Assembly (NCBI GenBank): GCA_977030845.1
Contig: OZ365116.1
Coordinates: 22,754,001-22,818,000, forward strand
Length of the DNA: 64,000 nt
Origin: Fimbriosthenelais zetlandica
Lineage: Eukaryota
Direction: 5' to 3'
Shown: piece after piece, positions 1-14,288 of the stretch
Layout: every line of letters begins with the position of its first letter
Position numbering within the stretch: the stretch's first letter is position 1
Program-made: the position numbers and the translations under genes
The notes under the pieces: generated by a model
What the model was told of the DNA's origin: nothing
The model's database searches: none
The model's input: the letters and a program-made list of their open reading frames with translations, nothing else

Positions 1-784
1 CATTAGTAACTCTGCTTTTTCAAGCAGGCCTTTGTGCAGGCAAGGTGTTCATATATTTACATCTAATCTAATAAGCTGCAGTATGTACAGATGCTAACAG
101 GAAGGGGCTAGGAATAGCAGCAGAACTTTTACCTTTGCAAAGATTGAGTTTCTTTATTGCCAAGTTAGAAATTATCACAGTCTACAGCTATTTTATACAA
201 GGATTATGCTAAAATGCTAAAATTCAGGTTACATAGTTTTTAATTAAAACTAGAGAATCTGTACGAAATTGATCCAGAATTCTGGTCCGAAATATTCTCA
301 GATTCCATGTAATGCAAGATGATATTTTGGTTAAGATCATAATGTTCTTCGCCGAAATATATTATCACAGATGCTTTTTCTATTTTGAGGAATAATGTCA
401 GTAGATTACTAATTTATCCATATGGAGCTAAGTGTGTACAGTAGGCTTTAGAAGTAATATAGCAATCATGGATAAACTCATTACAGGGATCAAGATAGGG
501 GACTACTAAAACAATAGTTGAGAACTCACATCAAAATACTCAATACTGCATTTCCTCCAAACCTACCACAAATATCTCTAGAACACTATAGTTTTATCCA
601 TCGTTAACAATGATAGTTTGAAGCAATACTTCTTTCAATTTCATTTCAAAACCTTGATTTCCAAAATAAGATTTCACAATAACAGATTTTTTGATCAGCC
701 TTTAAAATTAATATCCCATGGTCGTTAAGTATGATACACTGGTTTTTAATACATGTCAGGTAGATGGTATTTTGTTCCTATAGA

Positions 785-3700
785 TTACACCATTAGTCGT
801 GAGCCGGGAATATATCTAGATTCTCGCCATATGTTTGATTCGCCACAGTTGCCCACACGTCGCTTACACTGTCCACAGCGATCGTACTTGTCACATTGTT
901 CATGCAGCAGCGCACCAGGAGATTTACTGCGTTCCTTCTCTTCCTGTTCCTTGGCTTTCTTTAGATCACGTGACTGGAACCAGTCGTCCTCCAGACGTTT
1001 TCGGGTGGCCTGTATACGTTCAAATCTGTCTGCCCGGTCCTCTAATAGTCTGTGGGAAGAAAACAGTTAGAATTTTCATTAAACCTCTGCTTTTGAGATT
1101 TAGGAGTTGGTCAGGAATTGGTGACTGTTCATCGTCACATATAAGAATACATAGACTATAATATAGTATATTATAGTATTATAGTATATTATAAGATATA
1201 CTTACTCATTCTTGGTCCTATGGAGCATGTCCTCTTCCTCTTTCTGGTCGTTGAGTCGTCTGAGGATGGAATCTCGTTTTCGCTGCTCCACTGTACTCAG
1301 CTGTTCCTTGTAGAGATCATGAGCGCGTCTTCTCCTCTCAGCCATGGCGTCATTGGTCATGTCAAACTTACCAAACACTGGCTCATTGGAGTCTGGTACA
1401 CGGGCTGGTAGCTGGAGAGGCTTGAACCGTACCTGGTTTATAGAAGGAAACAGTCAAAAAATATCCTCAACATTGAATGGCAATTGTTAGTGGAAGTATG
1501 TGCGGAAAATCACTAAAAACGCATCACTTATGCATTGGTAGTACACCTATTACAGCTTCATGTTTCGAAGGGAACAAAGATACATAAGTAAGTACAGTTG
1601 TTAGTGAACAGAGAGCTCATGTTTTGGGTGGAGTTCACTCTGGGTGATTTTAACCATACCAGTCTCTTTAGATTGTGTGGACCTTCTTGGACGGCTACAT
1701 TTTGGACCTGTTGGAATGGGACAATCATCTGAGGGCGGGGTAGGGTGAGGGGACCTAGGCGGCAGGATTGGCGGATACGGGGTCGGTTAGCACCAGTTTT
1801 TCTATGACTGTCTCTCACTTCAATCTAAGTGAAGAGCCAGGGGCCAAATGGGGAAGGAAGCAATATTATAGGTAGGATTTTAGGTCAAAACATATGGTTC
1901 AACACATTGCTTCTTAGCCTCAAAACTTTAAACAGTACTGCAGAACAGAATATATTATGAGAACTTAAAGATCTTAGGAGATGAAGTTTGGTGCCTTACC
2001 TGCGCTGAGAGGGCTCTCTTGTACTGCTCTTGTTGTTCTGATTTGTCCTTCAAGTACTGCTCACGCTGGGCTGCCAAACTAGAGATGAAAAACAGTTTCC
2101 ATTAGCATAGAATCACTACAGAACTTCCCTAGAATCCCAGTGTTTTAACCTAATAATCCTTGATGAATCAAATTCTTCTCTGGTAACAATTTTATACTCA
2201 CTCTTCAGCAAGCTGCACTTGCTCCAGTCTTTCAAGGAACTCTTCATCTGCCCGTCGTTTCTTGAATGCATCCTCTTTGCTTACCACCTGGAATTGATTA
2301 TGATTTGTGAGTTAGTTTAACATGACCAAAGCAGACCAAGGTACTGTAAAGCTGCCTTATTGTAGGCTGTTAACTTCAGATACCAATTATGAATGATATA
2401 TACCTGTTTAGCTAGATCCGTGTGGTACATTTCTTGCTTGATGAAGCGAGGTGGGGTTAGAGGCCGCTTCTGGAAGATGTAAGACGGATGGAAGTCTAGA
2501 GGCCGTGACATCTTCTTCTGGTTGATGGCATCAGAAACGCCCAAATTGAAGGCAGCCATTTTCTGGTTGTCATGGCGCTTCATATGCTTTACCTCCTATG
2601 AACAAAAGTGGGAGTTTAGTCAAAATATTGTTTTACAATATTGAATATGGCAATAGAACACAAATCAGATTTTATGAACTTGTAGTCTAAATTAAGAGAG
2701 CATGCCATTGTACCTGGTCTTGAAGGATGTCCTCTGTGTCCTTCATGTGCTGGTATTGCTGTAGAAGCCGATCCTCCTCCTTTTCCCGCTTCTTACGTTC
2801 CTCAGTGAAGTTCACTGGGATGTTCATTCGTTCTCTTTGGTGGCAGAGATAACAGAGTTCCTGTCCAGCGTCCTTATGGCCACAGGTGGACATGGGTGAC
2901 TTGATGAGCGGGGCGGGAGGGGCGGGGGGTGGAGTGGGCTGGAGTTTACTTCCATTGTCCATCATACGGTCCACACTGTTAGACCGACGGTAGTCTGGAC
3001 GGTCCACGAAATCAGTAGAGGACTGCGGAGTGGCACTATGACTGATGAAAGCAAATATAGGTTATTAGAATATAGAGAAACAAATGATTTAATGACGAGA
3101 TATCCAACTTCAACATGATGTAAAGCATTGAGAAGTTACACAGCTCATGGAGGGGGAAATACGATATACAAAGTCGATAGAGGACTTTAGTTTAGTATGC
3201 AAGAAGAAGAGACTTTCCAAAGTGAAACACAATTCACAACGATCATAACTGTTAGTCCAAACTGAAACCTTTATAAAATACATGAGATATGATAACAAAT
3301 AAGAGGGTAGACCAGAAATTTTACCAAGTGCGTAAAATCAGGACTGTGCAAATGTGGTGTTGGTATATAATGCTTAAAATCACAATTCCATTAGCACTTA
3401 TTGTTCTAAATAACTCTGGTACCTTTTATATTTTTCGATCTCACTGAAACCAAACGGAAAGACATAATGAAGTGCATGAATCATTGGGAAAAGTGCCCTA
3501 GAGAAAAGAGCAATTGAGACCAATATTAACATTCACATTGTGGTTTCTTTTAGTAAAGAGATCTTAATTTAGTGCAGTGTAAGCTAATCCTGGGATGGGA
3601 TAATGTTTATGAAGATGAGTTGGTTTGTAAGTTGTATTCAGTTTTGATATTAGGATGTTTGTTAGGAACTTTTTACCCCAGTGTTTTTATATCAAATGTA

Positions 3701-6700
3701 ATGTAATATCCTACCGGGAACCTCTTTTATGAATTGGTCTGAAACATGGCAATTCATAATATAGTTTCTCTACTTTTCCCTGTGCCACACTTTCAATGAT
3801 AAATTCAGGAATAAAGGATTTTAAAAGATCCTTTGGAAGTGTGGTTGGAAACTAAGCATGTAAGGTGTCTAAAGGGTATTGTTTGTATGAAAAGGGTATG
3901 AGTGTGCGCCAAGAGGTACTTACGGGAGATGGAGGGGGGAGAGGGATCGCCTGGGGACACCACGCATGCTTTTAGGAGAGGGAGCATGGTTGGGAGGCAT
4001 CAGGTCCTCAGCAAAGCTAACCCCGCTGGCTTGAGCCATGGGTACAGCCATCCGCGATCCGATCCGATGAGCCAAACTCGAGCTCGGCTTAGGCTCTGTA
4101 AAAATATAGATATCAACTCATGAGCTCATGCAAATAGAACAGGAAAATGAAAGGTAATTCATTTATATAAAGGTCTTGCTTTTTATTGATCCAACATTTG
4201 GTAACCAATATTTCAAATTAAATTTCAACAAATAACCGTAAGTCAACAAGAATGTAACCAATGCATGTATGAACATGTGTATCAACCTGTTTTCATTCTA
4301 ACCTGGGATGGGAATTCTCCTAAGAAACCGTAGTAGGAACCTGCGTTCTAAGGCATTAATCAAATTATTATGTTAAAGCCACATAGATAATTGACAGTGT
4401 TATATTTAATTTCCATACCTATAACTTTGTTTTAATGTAACTGCTGAGATTGGGCAGTTGTGAGAACCAGAATTGGCAATATTGCTGCAAACACCACCAC
4501 AATATACTGCTAACCTATGTCTATATATTGGCAATTCCCCCATTCCTCATTGATTTTCACAGTCATGTCATTTAGCGGAAAAGCTCTATCGATGCCAGTC
4601 CTATTGTTGTATATAATTGTCCTTTGTTGTTCTAGTTGCCATAGTTACAGGGCCATTTGGTATGACGGAAGCGGAAAAGATTCTTTCTATTTGGTTTCTA
4701 TAGATTATTTTGTACCAAAGCAGATCTGATACTATGTGTCTATCGATTTTCACTTTCATTCTGCCTCTCCCTAGGACATAGTTGAAATTGGGAACACTCT
4801 AAATGGAGATTATTTCTCCGAATATAATTTTCTAATGGGGGAATACATAAATTAGAATTCAGACCATGCACAACGATGGAAATGTTCATGACCTTCTTAC
4901 CCTTTTCCTTCAAGCCTCCCGAATTATCTATCAGGATTTCTTTTTTGTTCGGTTGTTTCTTTAGAATACCTTCCCTATGTGTTGCTTTGTATTCTTCACT
5001 AACTTTCAATCCATAGCTCGGATCTCCAATGGCTTCTTCCTCATTTTTCACAATTTTTGGTACTAAAAACCCTTGTCTTTCCTTTAGTCTGTCTGGGGTG
5101 TCAATCCAGGATAAAGTCCGCCCCAAGGCGTCTGTTGCTTCCACTATTGTGTTGGGAGGCAAGGGTTTCACTGCTTCTGGGATCTTCTTAACTTTTTTCT
5201 TCAGAACTTTCTTTCTCTTGGGGATGTAGCCAAATTTTTTCCTCGCTGGCTTAACATCCACCAAGGGTTTTTGGAAATGGTATTCCTCGACTTGTCTCAT
5301 CATTTTAACTGATTTACAGATTAAATGGAGACAAATTCTAAATGTGAAATCTTATACGTAGAAAGCACTATCCACTTTATCTGTGCCTTCGTCTGGATGG
5401 AGGTTCTGCTCTCTCTGCTTGTGCGGGGTTGTTTGACAACCAGCCGTCCCCCAATGGCATTCAGCATCACAAATCACTACCCTGTCTCCAAAATCAATCA
5501 CCCATTTCCCCAGGCCTAGGCCAAGGCAAAGCACTGCCACCAGTAAAAACTTGCAGATCAAATAACTTGTAGTTCCAAATATTTTTTTTTAGTGTATCCA
5601 TATTAAAAATGTTAAATGAGCTGTTGCCTTACCTCCTGGGAGTCGACCGTCATCTGAACATAGGATGGAATCCAAATCGTTATAATCTCCCGCGGGGCGT
5701 AGACCGATGTCATACTCGTTGTTTGGGTCGGGGTCAGAAATGATGATCTCCCCGACTGGTGATTGGCGGGCCTGTGCCACCTCTTCAGGGGTCAGTTCGT
5801 CCCCCTCTATAGGGCCTGGGTAGGGGGCTGGGTTAGGTTCAGAAGCTTCTTCACGTATAGTCGGCATAGCAGCTTCAGTAGGACCAAGGGCTAGGCCACC
5901 ATTGCTTATCCTACAAAATAATAAATGAATAACATAATAGCATGTTATAAGGTCTCCCCCCCATGGGTCTTTCCAAATGGAATATCAACATTTCTTGTTT
6001 TCTTTTTTCGGTTTTTAGTTGTTTTTTTAGTCTCTAGGGGGATTTTGGGAAGCATTCCTACCTTGGCAGTATTAGGGTATTCGTGCCCGGTCTTGCTGGT
6101 GTGCTCCTATCAGACATGACTGAATCTACTGTACCTGGTCTCTGGAAATTTTGAAAGAAATAGATGAAAATTAACAAGTTTATAACATTCTAATTGATAC
6201 TAACGTCAATATGTGAAATAGATCAAGATATTGTTTTTATGGAAGTCAAATTTCTAAATGTGACACTTTTTAAAGTAACCCATGAAAGACAAGAAAAGGA
6301 AAAGACATAATTTCAATGGCTAGATTCAAACTATACAAAGAATGAAGATAAAGAACAGACAATTAACAATACAATGCCACTTAAACTCACCGCGAATAGC
6401 TGTGCTTAACAATACAATATAGAGAAACGGATTAAGTTCCATTTGAAAAGGTCATGCACATCTTAATACATGTGTACCATAGGGCCTTTTAGTTATAAGG
6501 CATAGTCTTTGTGGTGATAGGATGCAACAACATAATATATAAAGAAGCTTAACATGTCCACCTTAATGAAGTAAGCGTGCTCTATGTGATATAGAAGTGT
6601 GCAATGTTTGACATGGGTGCAGATATTTATGTATTTAGTCTGAATAGTGTGAAAAGCTTAAATCTTTGTGACCAGTTTTGGACCATTTCGGACCTACCTA

Positions 6701-9180
6701 AATTGTAATGTCCTCCTCAGATACTTTGGATGAAGCATGAATTATTATTTGTTTATTTTTTAGTTAGATTTTGTTCTTACATGTTATAAACTATTCCTAC
6801 CCTGAAGCATATTGCAGCCTTCTTTTCAACCTGTTTCGTAACAGCAACATTTGATATGAAACCAATTTGTTACGGATTTGTTTTTCAATCATTTTAAAAT
6901 TAATTTAATTCTTTTCTTTCTTTTCTTCCGAATAGCTGTTTTTATTAATATCATACACCGATATAGATAAGTACTCACATCTTTGAGGGCCTCCATGAGC
7001 CGTCCTGAACCATCCATACTATTAATGAAGTCTTTGTAAAACTTCATTTTCACTTTGCTATCACGGATCTGAAGCCGACCAATTCCAGTAAAAGAGAACT
7101 CGACATTGCGGCGCGCGGCCACAGAGCGGGCCAGAGCCTGCATCACTTCTTTCACACATGCTTCTACCGTGTCGCGATCAAATGGACTCTCATGGGCTAG
7201 AGCAGCGAAGTTCAGCTGCACTATTGGTATTTGTCCTGAAAGAAATATTACAAAATTATATTTCAAACATCAAAATGGGATATCTGAAAGCACATTTATG
7301 AGGAAGATTACATGAAGAAAAGGGAAACTGTTTTTTAAGACTTGAAATTGGTTTTAGGATCAGGCATGCACAGTTTTTAAGACCTTGATTTTAAATCAAA
7401 GAATCGTCTCTGTGTAGACCTTATAAATGGCTTAAGAACCTGCACAACGAGGATTAAAGGATCTTAAGCCATATGTTAATACTATATTATAAAGGCAGGC
7501 TATGGCTTTGAGAGTTCCCTACTAAATCCCTTTACACGTTACTGGATTTCCAGTCAGCCATTTAATCCCATCACTACCACGCCCCCTACCTGTAAAATCT
7601 GCCAAAACTAATCTGCTCTGATCCCTTATAATGTGTCTCTTCTTTAAATGAGTAAAATCATATTTCTCTCTTACAATCTAGATAGCCTATATTATGACCT
7701 CAGTATTCATTATCAGAGATCTACTTTAGATCTCCACTGCCTGTATTATTCCACTAAATCAATACACTTTGCCATATTATACTGAACGCCACTCTGTTTT
7801 ACCATTTGTTTTCTTTCATAAGATCATAAACACAATAGAGCTATAAATGCAGGTGTATCCAGGTAGCGCGTGGAAGCAATGCTATGTATCTACACAGAGG
7901 TGACCGTGATTGGTAATCTATACACTTTTTGGCTTCAACACGTAGACCTATAAAGGCTATTATGTCAGTAGCCCTTGAATCTAGAGCTAGCACCATGGAG
8001 GCATGACCTGAGTAATATTGAACAGGGAGTTAGGTGCACTCCTCCAGTCTAGCACTGAAGGAATATAGGCCATATACAGACATAGGCCTACACATGCTCA
8101 CCTCTGCTCTGGAGCTTTCAGAGTTCACAACCATGCGCTTAAATTACTCCGGATTAAGTGTTCTCATATGTAGGCTATTGAAAGCACATATTATAAAAGG
8201 GGAATGAGAGCTAAAGTACTAGCCCAAATAATAGAGAATGAACTAAGACTTATATTGCTCCCCTGATAGATAATACATTTTCATAAGGTTCAAATGTTCA
8301 ATAAGAAATAAAGAGGGATTTATTTTTAAAATAGTCCTAATGAAACCTACCTGTGGTATGGTGTTTAGTGTAGTTCAGACCATGAGTTTGGGCAAATTTT
8401 TCTGACAAGGCAAAGACGGGTCTTTGAATAAGAATAAATTTGTTATTGCCAACGTCCAGCTTCTTCTGACTGAATGTAAATGTTCCGAGACCAGGAATGT
8501 TGACCCCCTACAAAAATGAGATGGCAAAGTAATAAATGGTAAATGTTAATTATTATGGCTGTTACTATTAAGATTCCCGAGACAATCTACATGCGTTCAA
8601 CAATTCTAAATTTTCAAATATCTTACCTTTTGTGCGGACATCTGTTTTTCAATGAACCCAGAGACATTGTCCCATACACTGACCACATCTGAAAAAGAAA
8701 TGGTTGACATGCAAGTCTTTATTTTCATTGCCATTGGGTATGAATAATAAGTATAAGTAGATCTAGGGGAGTATAATAAATTAATTATTCTACTTAAACC
8801 AGCCCACGCAAACATAGATCTAGATCTAGTCTATCTACCAAAATTAATAAACTCAGAAAACTGGAAAAACAAAAGACCTTCTTGCTTCTAACTAAGTTAT
8901 AATGCCACGCCCCCTTTTTGGACCAGAATTTCCTGGCAGCAAAGTCAATATAGAATAAAATAAATGACACCAGTATCTATCTAGAATCTGGATGATTTCC
9001 GTCAGTTATTCCTGTTAAAATAATACCTATACTAGATCTAGTATAGTCTATAGATTATGACTATCTATCTATTAGCCTTCATGATAATGTATTCTTACCG
9101 TCATCCGAGAGGGAGTTCGCCAAGCTGGAGAACTTGTTTTTCTTGGCCTCGTTCACTAGTCCTTGCATGGCATCCGTCAT
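785..9180 (-). CDS. CCDC81: Coiled-coil domain-containing protein 81 (HU-like N-terminus, ciliary/centrosomal), 13 core exons, ~754 aa
   Basis: Core exons with GT-AG sites and continuous frame: 9099-9180, 8627-8688, 8351-8507, 6979-7235, 6062-6141, 5633-5910, 3924-4095, 2714-3041, 2404-2595, 2202-2287, 2000-2078, 1206-1432, 785-1049 (2265 nt). Family motifs: GVNIPGLGTF, CGHKDAGQELCYLCHQR and C-terminal LLHEQCDKYDRCGQCKRRVGNCGESNIW...YIPGSRLMV*. Confidence 0.93.
1660..1824 (-). CDS. CCDC81: Putative optional in-frame exon of CCDC81 (55 codons)
   Basis: Acceptor ttag|ATT GAA GTG and donor AGA CTG|GTATGG. Phase 0-0, 165 nt, stop-free. Confidence 0.4.
4901..5308 (-). CDS. CCDC81: Putative optional in-frame exon of CCDC81 (136 codons, Lys-rich)
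   Basis: Acceptor ..aatcag|TT AAA ATG and donor GAA AAG G|GTAAG. Phase 1-1, 408 nt, stop-free, in frame with the flanking exons. Confidence 0.55.
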
Positions 9181-9895
9181 TGTCACTAATTGTGACGGAG
9201 GACCCTCTTTAGGATCACTTTATACCCCAATCTAAGTTGTATCCAAAGTTAGACGGAATAAAACTGTTTCTCATTCATTGGAAAGCCTTTGGCTTCAACA
9301 CCATAACACCAACACCGTCCAGAGGGGACGGTTCATTGGTTGCTAGGGAAGCCGAGCTCTGATTGGCTACTGCTTAGGGACGTTTAAAGATGGCGAAAAA
9401 GCCTCAAAGACAAACACATTTTAAAGCTTTTACAAGACCCATGCTTATAGTTAGCAATACAAAATAACTTAAAAAGGTCAATAATAAATGACAGAAATAC
9501 AGAAAAGTACTAGTAAAATAAAATAATACGCATAGATCTATCGGAGGCAGGAGACTATGTTTACATGGGCGATAATATGGGATTTGACCGCTTCGAATTT
9601 TCAAATGTGTTTTTTTGCAATATTAAGCAGAAAAATAAATCTGAAAAAAGATTATGGGACCAATATTTGTGTTTTATTCTGTTTGTACTGATAAATAGAG
9701 ATAACCTAAGCTGATACAGCGAAAAATGACTATAATAAATTAGCCCTATACGAGGTAGATGAAACGGACCTGAAGAGGATCCGTATTTTGTCCTCAATCT
9801 TTCACTTCCGCCAAATCCTGGGCCATGTGGGTTAGAAGAGGTGTTGCAACAAAATAGTCTATTTATTCGTTAAAGAGGTCGAAATATATCCAAAT
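9181..9895. promoter_or_regulatory. Bidirectional promoter region CCDC81/RPF2
   Basis: Start codons diverge ~715 bp apart. X-box-like GTTGCTAGGGAAGC at 9339-9352, ATTGG (CCAAT) boxes near 9335 and 9362, AAGATGGCG (YY1-like) near 9386, CACTTCCG (ETS-like) near 9803. Confidence 0.6.
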
Positions 9896-12580
9896 ATGGT
9901 TCTACAGAGAGTAGTGTACGTATACATTTAAATATAACATGTTTCTTATCCGTTTTTCCTTACTATTGACGTATGTTTCGATCGTGTTTATTGGCCGTGA
10001 GCGATAAAAGGGGTAATCGTAATAGTAAAACTGATAGGTCGTATTCATCAACCATGATCGGCATGTCCTTCCTTGATTTTCCGTCGTTAATGCATGTATG
10101 TATGTTTTGCCAGTGTTTGGAGTGTAGGGAAAGTTGGGGTAAACTTGGATAAATGTTCTTGAATTTGATTTTGAAACGCATATTTCATAGTTTGGCCTTT
10201 TCTAATTTTCAGGAAACCCCAAACCCAGAAGGGGAAGAGGGCATTAGAGAAGCGTGCTCCGAAGCTGATAGAAAATGACAAAAATGCGATGTTGATACGA
10301 GGTGGACATACGAGTGAAACTGTGACACAAGCTCTAAAAGACCTAGTGAGTAGACTACATCCATGAGCTTCCTATACACAAAATGTAGAAATAGTAGGGG
10401 ATAGGCTCTGAATATTATAATCTGTCTATAAAAACAATTTTATGAATTTAAGGGCTTACTCTGTTTCCATGAACTGCTGGGAACCATGATTTGCATTAAA
10501 TATCACAAATCCATAGAAAAAATAATTTCTTTTTACAATTTCAGTATGTTTTAAAGAAACCGAATGCAGTTATGTTCAGAAGGTACGTATGTAAATGCTT
10601 TATTCACAAATTGGAAAATTACCTATAACTGAAAATACACTAAGTCTAAGAATGAAGCGATTTATAATGTTTAAATGAAGTCAGATACAACCCTTTTTCT
10701 GAGGCGAATCTTCATTTTTGTTTACCATTGAATTTCAGGAAAAACATGCTGCGCCCATTCGAGGATCAAAATCCTATAGTAAGTGTCATTACCAATTGTT
10801 AATATTGGATCATAAGTTTACATATTGATAAGTTTACATATTGATAAGTTTACATCCCTTAGATTCGTGTTCTTTCATTCCAAGATATCATTCTATGTTC
10901 GCATTCCTTCTCTTTTCATTTTTCTTAGGAGTTCTTCTCGAAGAAATATGATGCCGCTTTGTTTATGTTCGGTTCACATAACAAGAAAAGACCTCATAAT
11001 CTAGTGCTCGGTACGTTATTTTAGGTTTAATAATGAAAATAATGTTGAATCATTAGCGTGATCTAGTGGTTGAGGTAGTAAAGCTATCTCTCTCATTGGA
11101 TGTTCTTCTGGTTATGTTTTAAACAAATCACAAATACAAGTTTCTCCTAAAATCCAACACCACAAAAGTCATTACTTTGAAACATTTTATTTTTCTGATT
11201 CCAGGTCGGCTCTTCGACGGTGGTATCTTAGATATGATGGAGTTAGGTATTGAAAAATTTGAGGCACTGAAAGATTTCAAGGTAAGGATTTTCTTTGAAG
11301 TGATAACATGTTCGTCTTTTAATATGTTGTAAAAGAAATGTAAGAATTAATATTTCTTTCATAATAGAATTAAGCCTTGTTTTTCTAACAGTGACTTTTG
11401 TATGTCCGCAGAGGCAATTAAATTAAATTGTGTTTTGAATTAAAATTGTTTCTCGACACAATTTAATACTAAAATATTTGGATCTTTCAGACGTCCAAGT
11501 TTTCTGCTGGTAGTAAGCCGTGTCTGCTCTTCTCTGGAGACTTTGACTCGAATAATGAACTTCGTCGATTGAAAAGCTTATTTATTGGTAAGTCATAGAT
11601 CTCTTGCAGAGATTATTTAAAGTGTGCTATTTATTGGCCGAATCAAAGTTATTCTGGTTTTTAAATTAAATTCCTCTTATTATTGGACACCTGTTATAAA
11701 GGAACATCTAGTACAGATTATTTTAAATGTCAAATTTCAAATTGCAGATTTCTTCCGTGGTCCCGTGATCCAAAACATCCGATTACAAGGTTTAGAATAT
11801 GTTCTACAGTTTTCATCCATAGATGGTAAAATCTACATTAGATGTTACAAGTAAGTTATTTCAACACTTCATACTTTATCATTATATTTATGACTACACT
11901 TGGCCAACTGTAATTCTCTCAAGGATTTAAAATACAACGTTTATATTTAAGGTATAATGTTTAAATTTAAAAGTATATAATGTTTAAATTAAGTATAATA
12001 TATAAATAGAAGGTAAATATAAATTTTAGGATCTCGATGAAGAAGTCAGGCACGCGGATACCGCGCGTGGAGTTGGAGGAGATGGGACCCTCGCTTGATC
12101 TGGTGATGAGAAGAAATAAACTAGCCTCAGATGATCTCTACAAACAAGCCCGCAAACAACCCAGAGCTGCCAAGGTAAATACACCTTATCCTGCTTCCTC
12201 TCACTCTGCTGCAGCTTTGTTCTAATCTTCCACCTCTCTTCCTCTAAGAGGAAAAGTACTAAAACCCAATAACAAAGCAAATTATTTCTAATTTATTATA
12301 AAATTCCACTTTGTGAAATATATTCATAGAACGTTATGAATGAATTGTCCTTCAGATTGGAAAGAAGAAGAATGTATCTATGGACGTTTTTGGAACACAA
12401 CAAGGAAGAATCCACATGCAGAAACAGGACCTGGACAAATTACAGACACGCAAGATGAAGGGACTGAAACGAGGCTCTGACGAGAGACCTTCAGCTGGTG
12501 GTAAAAGATCACGAGGGGACGAGGAGGACGAGGAAGGCGAGGAGGAGGAGGGGGAGGAGGAGGACGAGGACTCGTCATAA
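9896..12580 (+). CDS. RPF2: Ribosome production factor 2 homolog (Brix domain), 10 exons, 319 aa
   Basis: Exons 9896-9915, 10213-10345, 10545-10582, 10739-10778, 10929-11010, 11205-11281, 11491-11587, 11748-11850, 12030-12174, 12356-12580 (960 nt, in frame). Motifs FMFGSHNKKRPHNLVLGR, ELEEMGPSLDLVMRR and GRIHMQKQDLDKLQTRKMKGLK. AATAAA at 13007. Confidence 0.96.
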
Positions 12581-13073
12581 GCATACAATAGGTACGGCTT
12601 ACCTGTTTGGTTGTATTTAAGGGGGGCTCGAATAAGACCTCAGTTTACACGGTCGCACAATTTAAAATATTTGAGTTATATTCATTTTGTATTTATTTAT
12701 AGGAGGTGGACGGTAAGAGAATGGGGAACAAGATCTGTGACATTGTCTCTATTATTGACCCAATAGCAAAAGTAACATGCTTTCATTCCTTCATTTTTCA
12801 GACGGTTGAAGTGATGTTTGCTGGGTACGTTAATAGAAGTATATGACGTCAAGCTGATTGATCATTTATATCTTATAGATATTTTATTCTCCATGCGCGC
12901 CCTGCCTAATTACATGATTCTAACATAAGAGGACAAAGAGACTTTGAGGAATTATAGCAACCAGAATTACTATATTTCAATGCAGGTTGTATGTACCAGT
13001 CAATTCAATAAAAGACGCAATGAAGAGATTTTTTCTTTTTTTTAATTAATTCTCCATTCTTGAAGTGATAAAT

Positions 13074-13256
13074 TGCTTATTCAAATCGCACGATGTGGGT
13101 ATAGTACGTATGTACATTCATAAACATTAAATAAATTTAAGTGTAAATGGTAATAATTAAACATACATTGCAATATATGACTGTGATATTTCAGTTATAG
13201 ATTATAGACGTCGATGTAAAAACACCCTCCACTCTTTGGTGGCCTTTTACCTATAT
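13074..13256 (+). repeat. ~180-bp dispersed repeat, copy 1
   Basis: About 90% identical by eye, same orientation, to 21369-21551 (tgcttattcaaat...caccctccactctttggtggccttttacc). Confidence 0.9.
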
Positions 13257-14288
13257 ACAAGCCTGGCCTTGGTGTTTTTGGAGGGAGTTGATGGGAGTAC
13301 TAGGGGTAGATGTTGGGGCCGGGGGCAAAATAATTATAAATTTTGTGATTAGCCTTGTCCTGGGCGGTTCAGCCTAAACTTGAGGGGTGTATAGTGTAGT
13401 GACATGTGAGCCACGTAGTGGCCGTTTTTTAAATCACTTTCCGCTGCTCCCTGGATCGTTACACATTTATACGGATTAGCAGTGTTGATTTGGGCTTTGC
13501 TTTTTCATTTCAGTTGCCGAGGGAACTTAGGGCCCCTGATCAGTGTGCGAAGCAGGTACGCTGCTTCAGTGCCTCTCTGACGCCACACCTCCCACCTCCT
13601 TCTCCTTTTAATCATCTTTAGATACCCTTCTCTCCGGCTTATCTAGATGTCAAATACGCGTAATCCTTCATCTCTCCTTTCCAGGTGATCAATACACAGT
13701 GTAAACATTGAGTAAACACAGCTGACCACCAACACGCACAACTGACCAGCGGTGGACGATAAACTGGACATGGCGCATGCCTCCTCCTTCTCCTTTCAAT
13801 CATCTTTAGATAACCCTCTCTCCGGCATATCTGGATAATACACATAATCCTTGGATGTAACCTAACTTATCTCCTTTTTCACCTTGTACAGCCACACGCT
13901 CGGGATTCAATAAAAGCAACAAAGCTATTTTGGTCTCGTGCTTCATTGCGCAGCTGCCTGGGCCAGGCGCTCACATACTTCCGGCTCTCACGACTGGAAT
14001 CAAGGTAAACATGAAATAGAGGAGGGTGTCATTTTCCGTCGGACAAGGACGTGAACAATCTGTGTCACGACTCTGATTTCGAAAATCTTTAATATCTCGG
14101 CAACCACTCGGTCTTTTTAAGAAATTCAAAATGGAAAATCTTAGTTGGAATAATGTCTAGCGGGTGGTATAAGTAATAAATACTGAAACTGCTTCTAAAA
14201 ATTTCGATTTTCAAAATATAGCCAATTTCACAAGGTGTCCCGACTCCAGCTCCGTTTCCAATCCAAGGCTCTGATCTCAGCTGAATAA

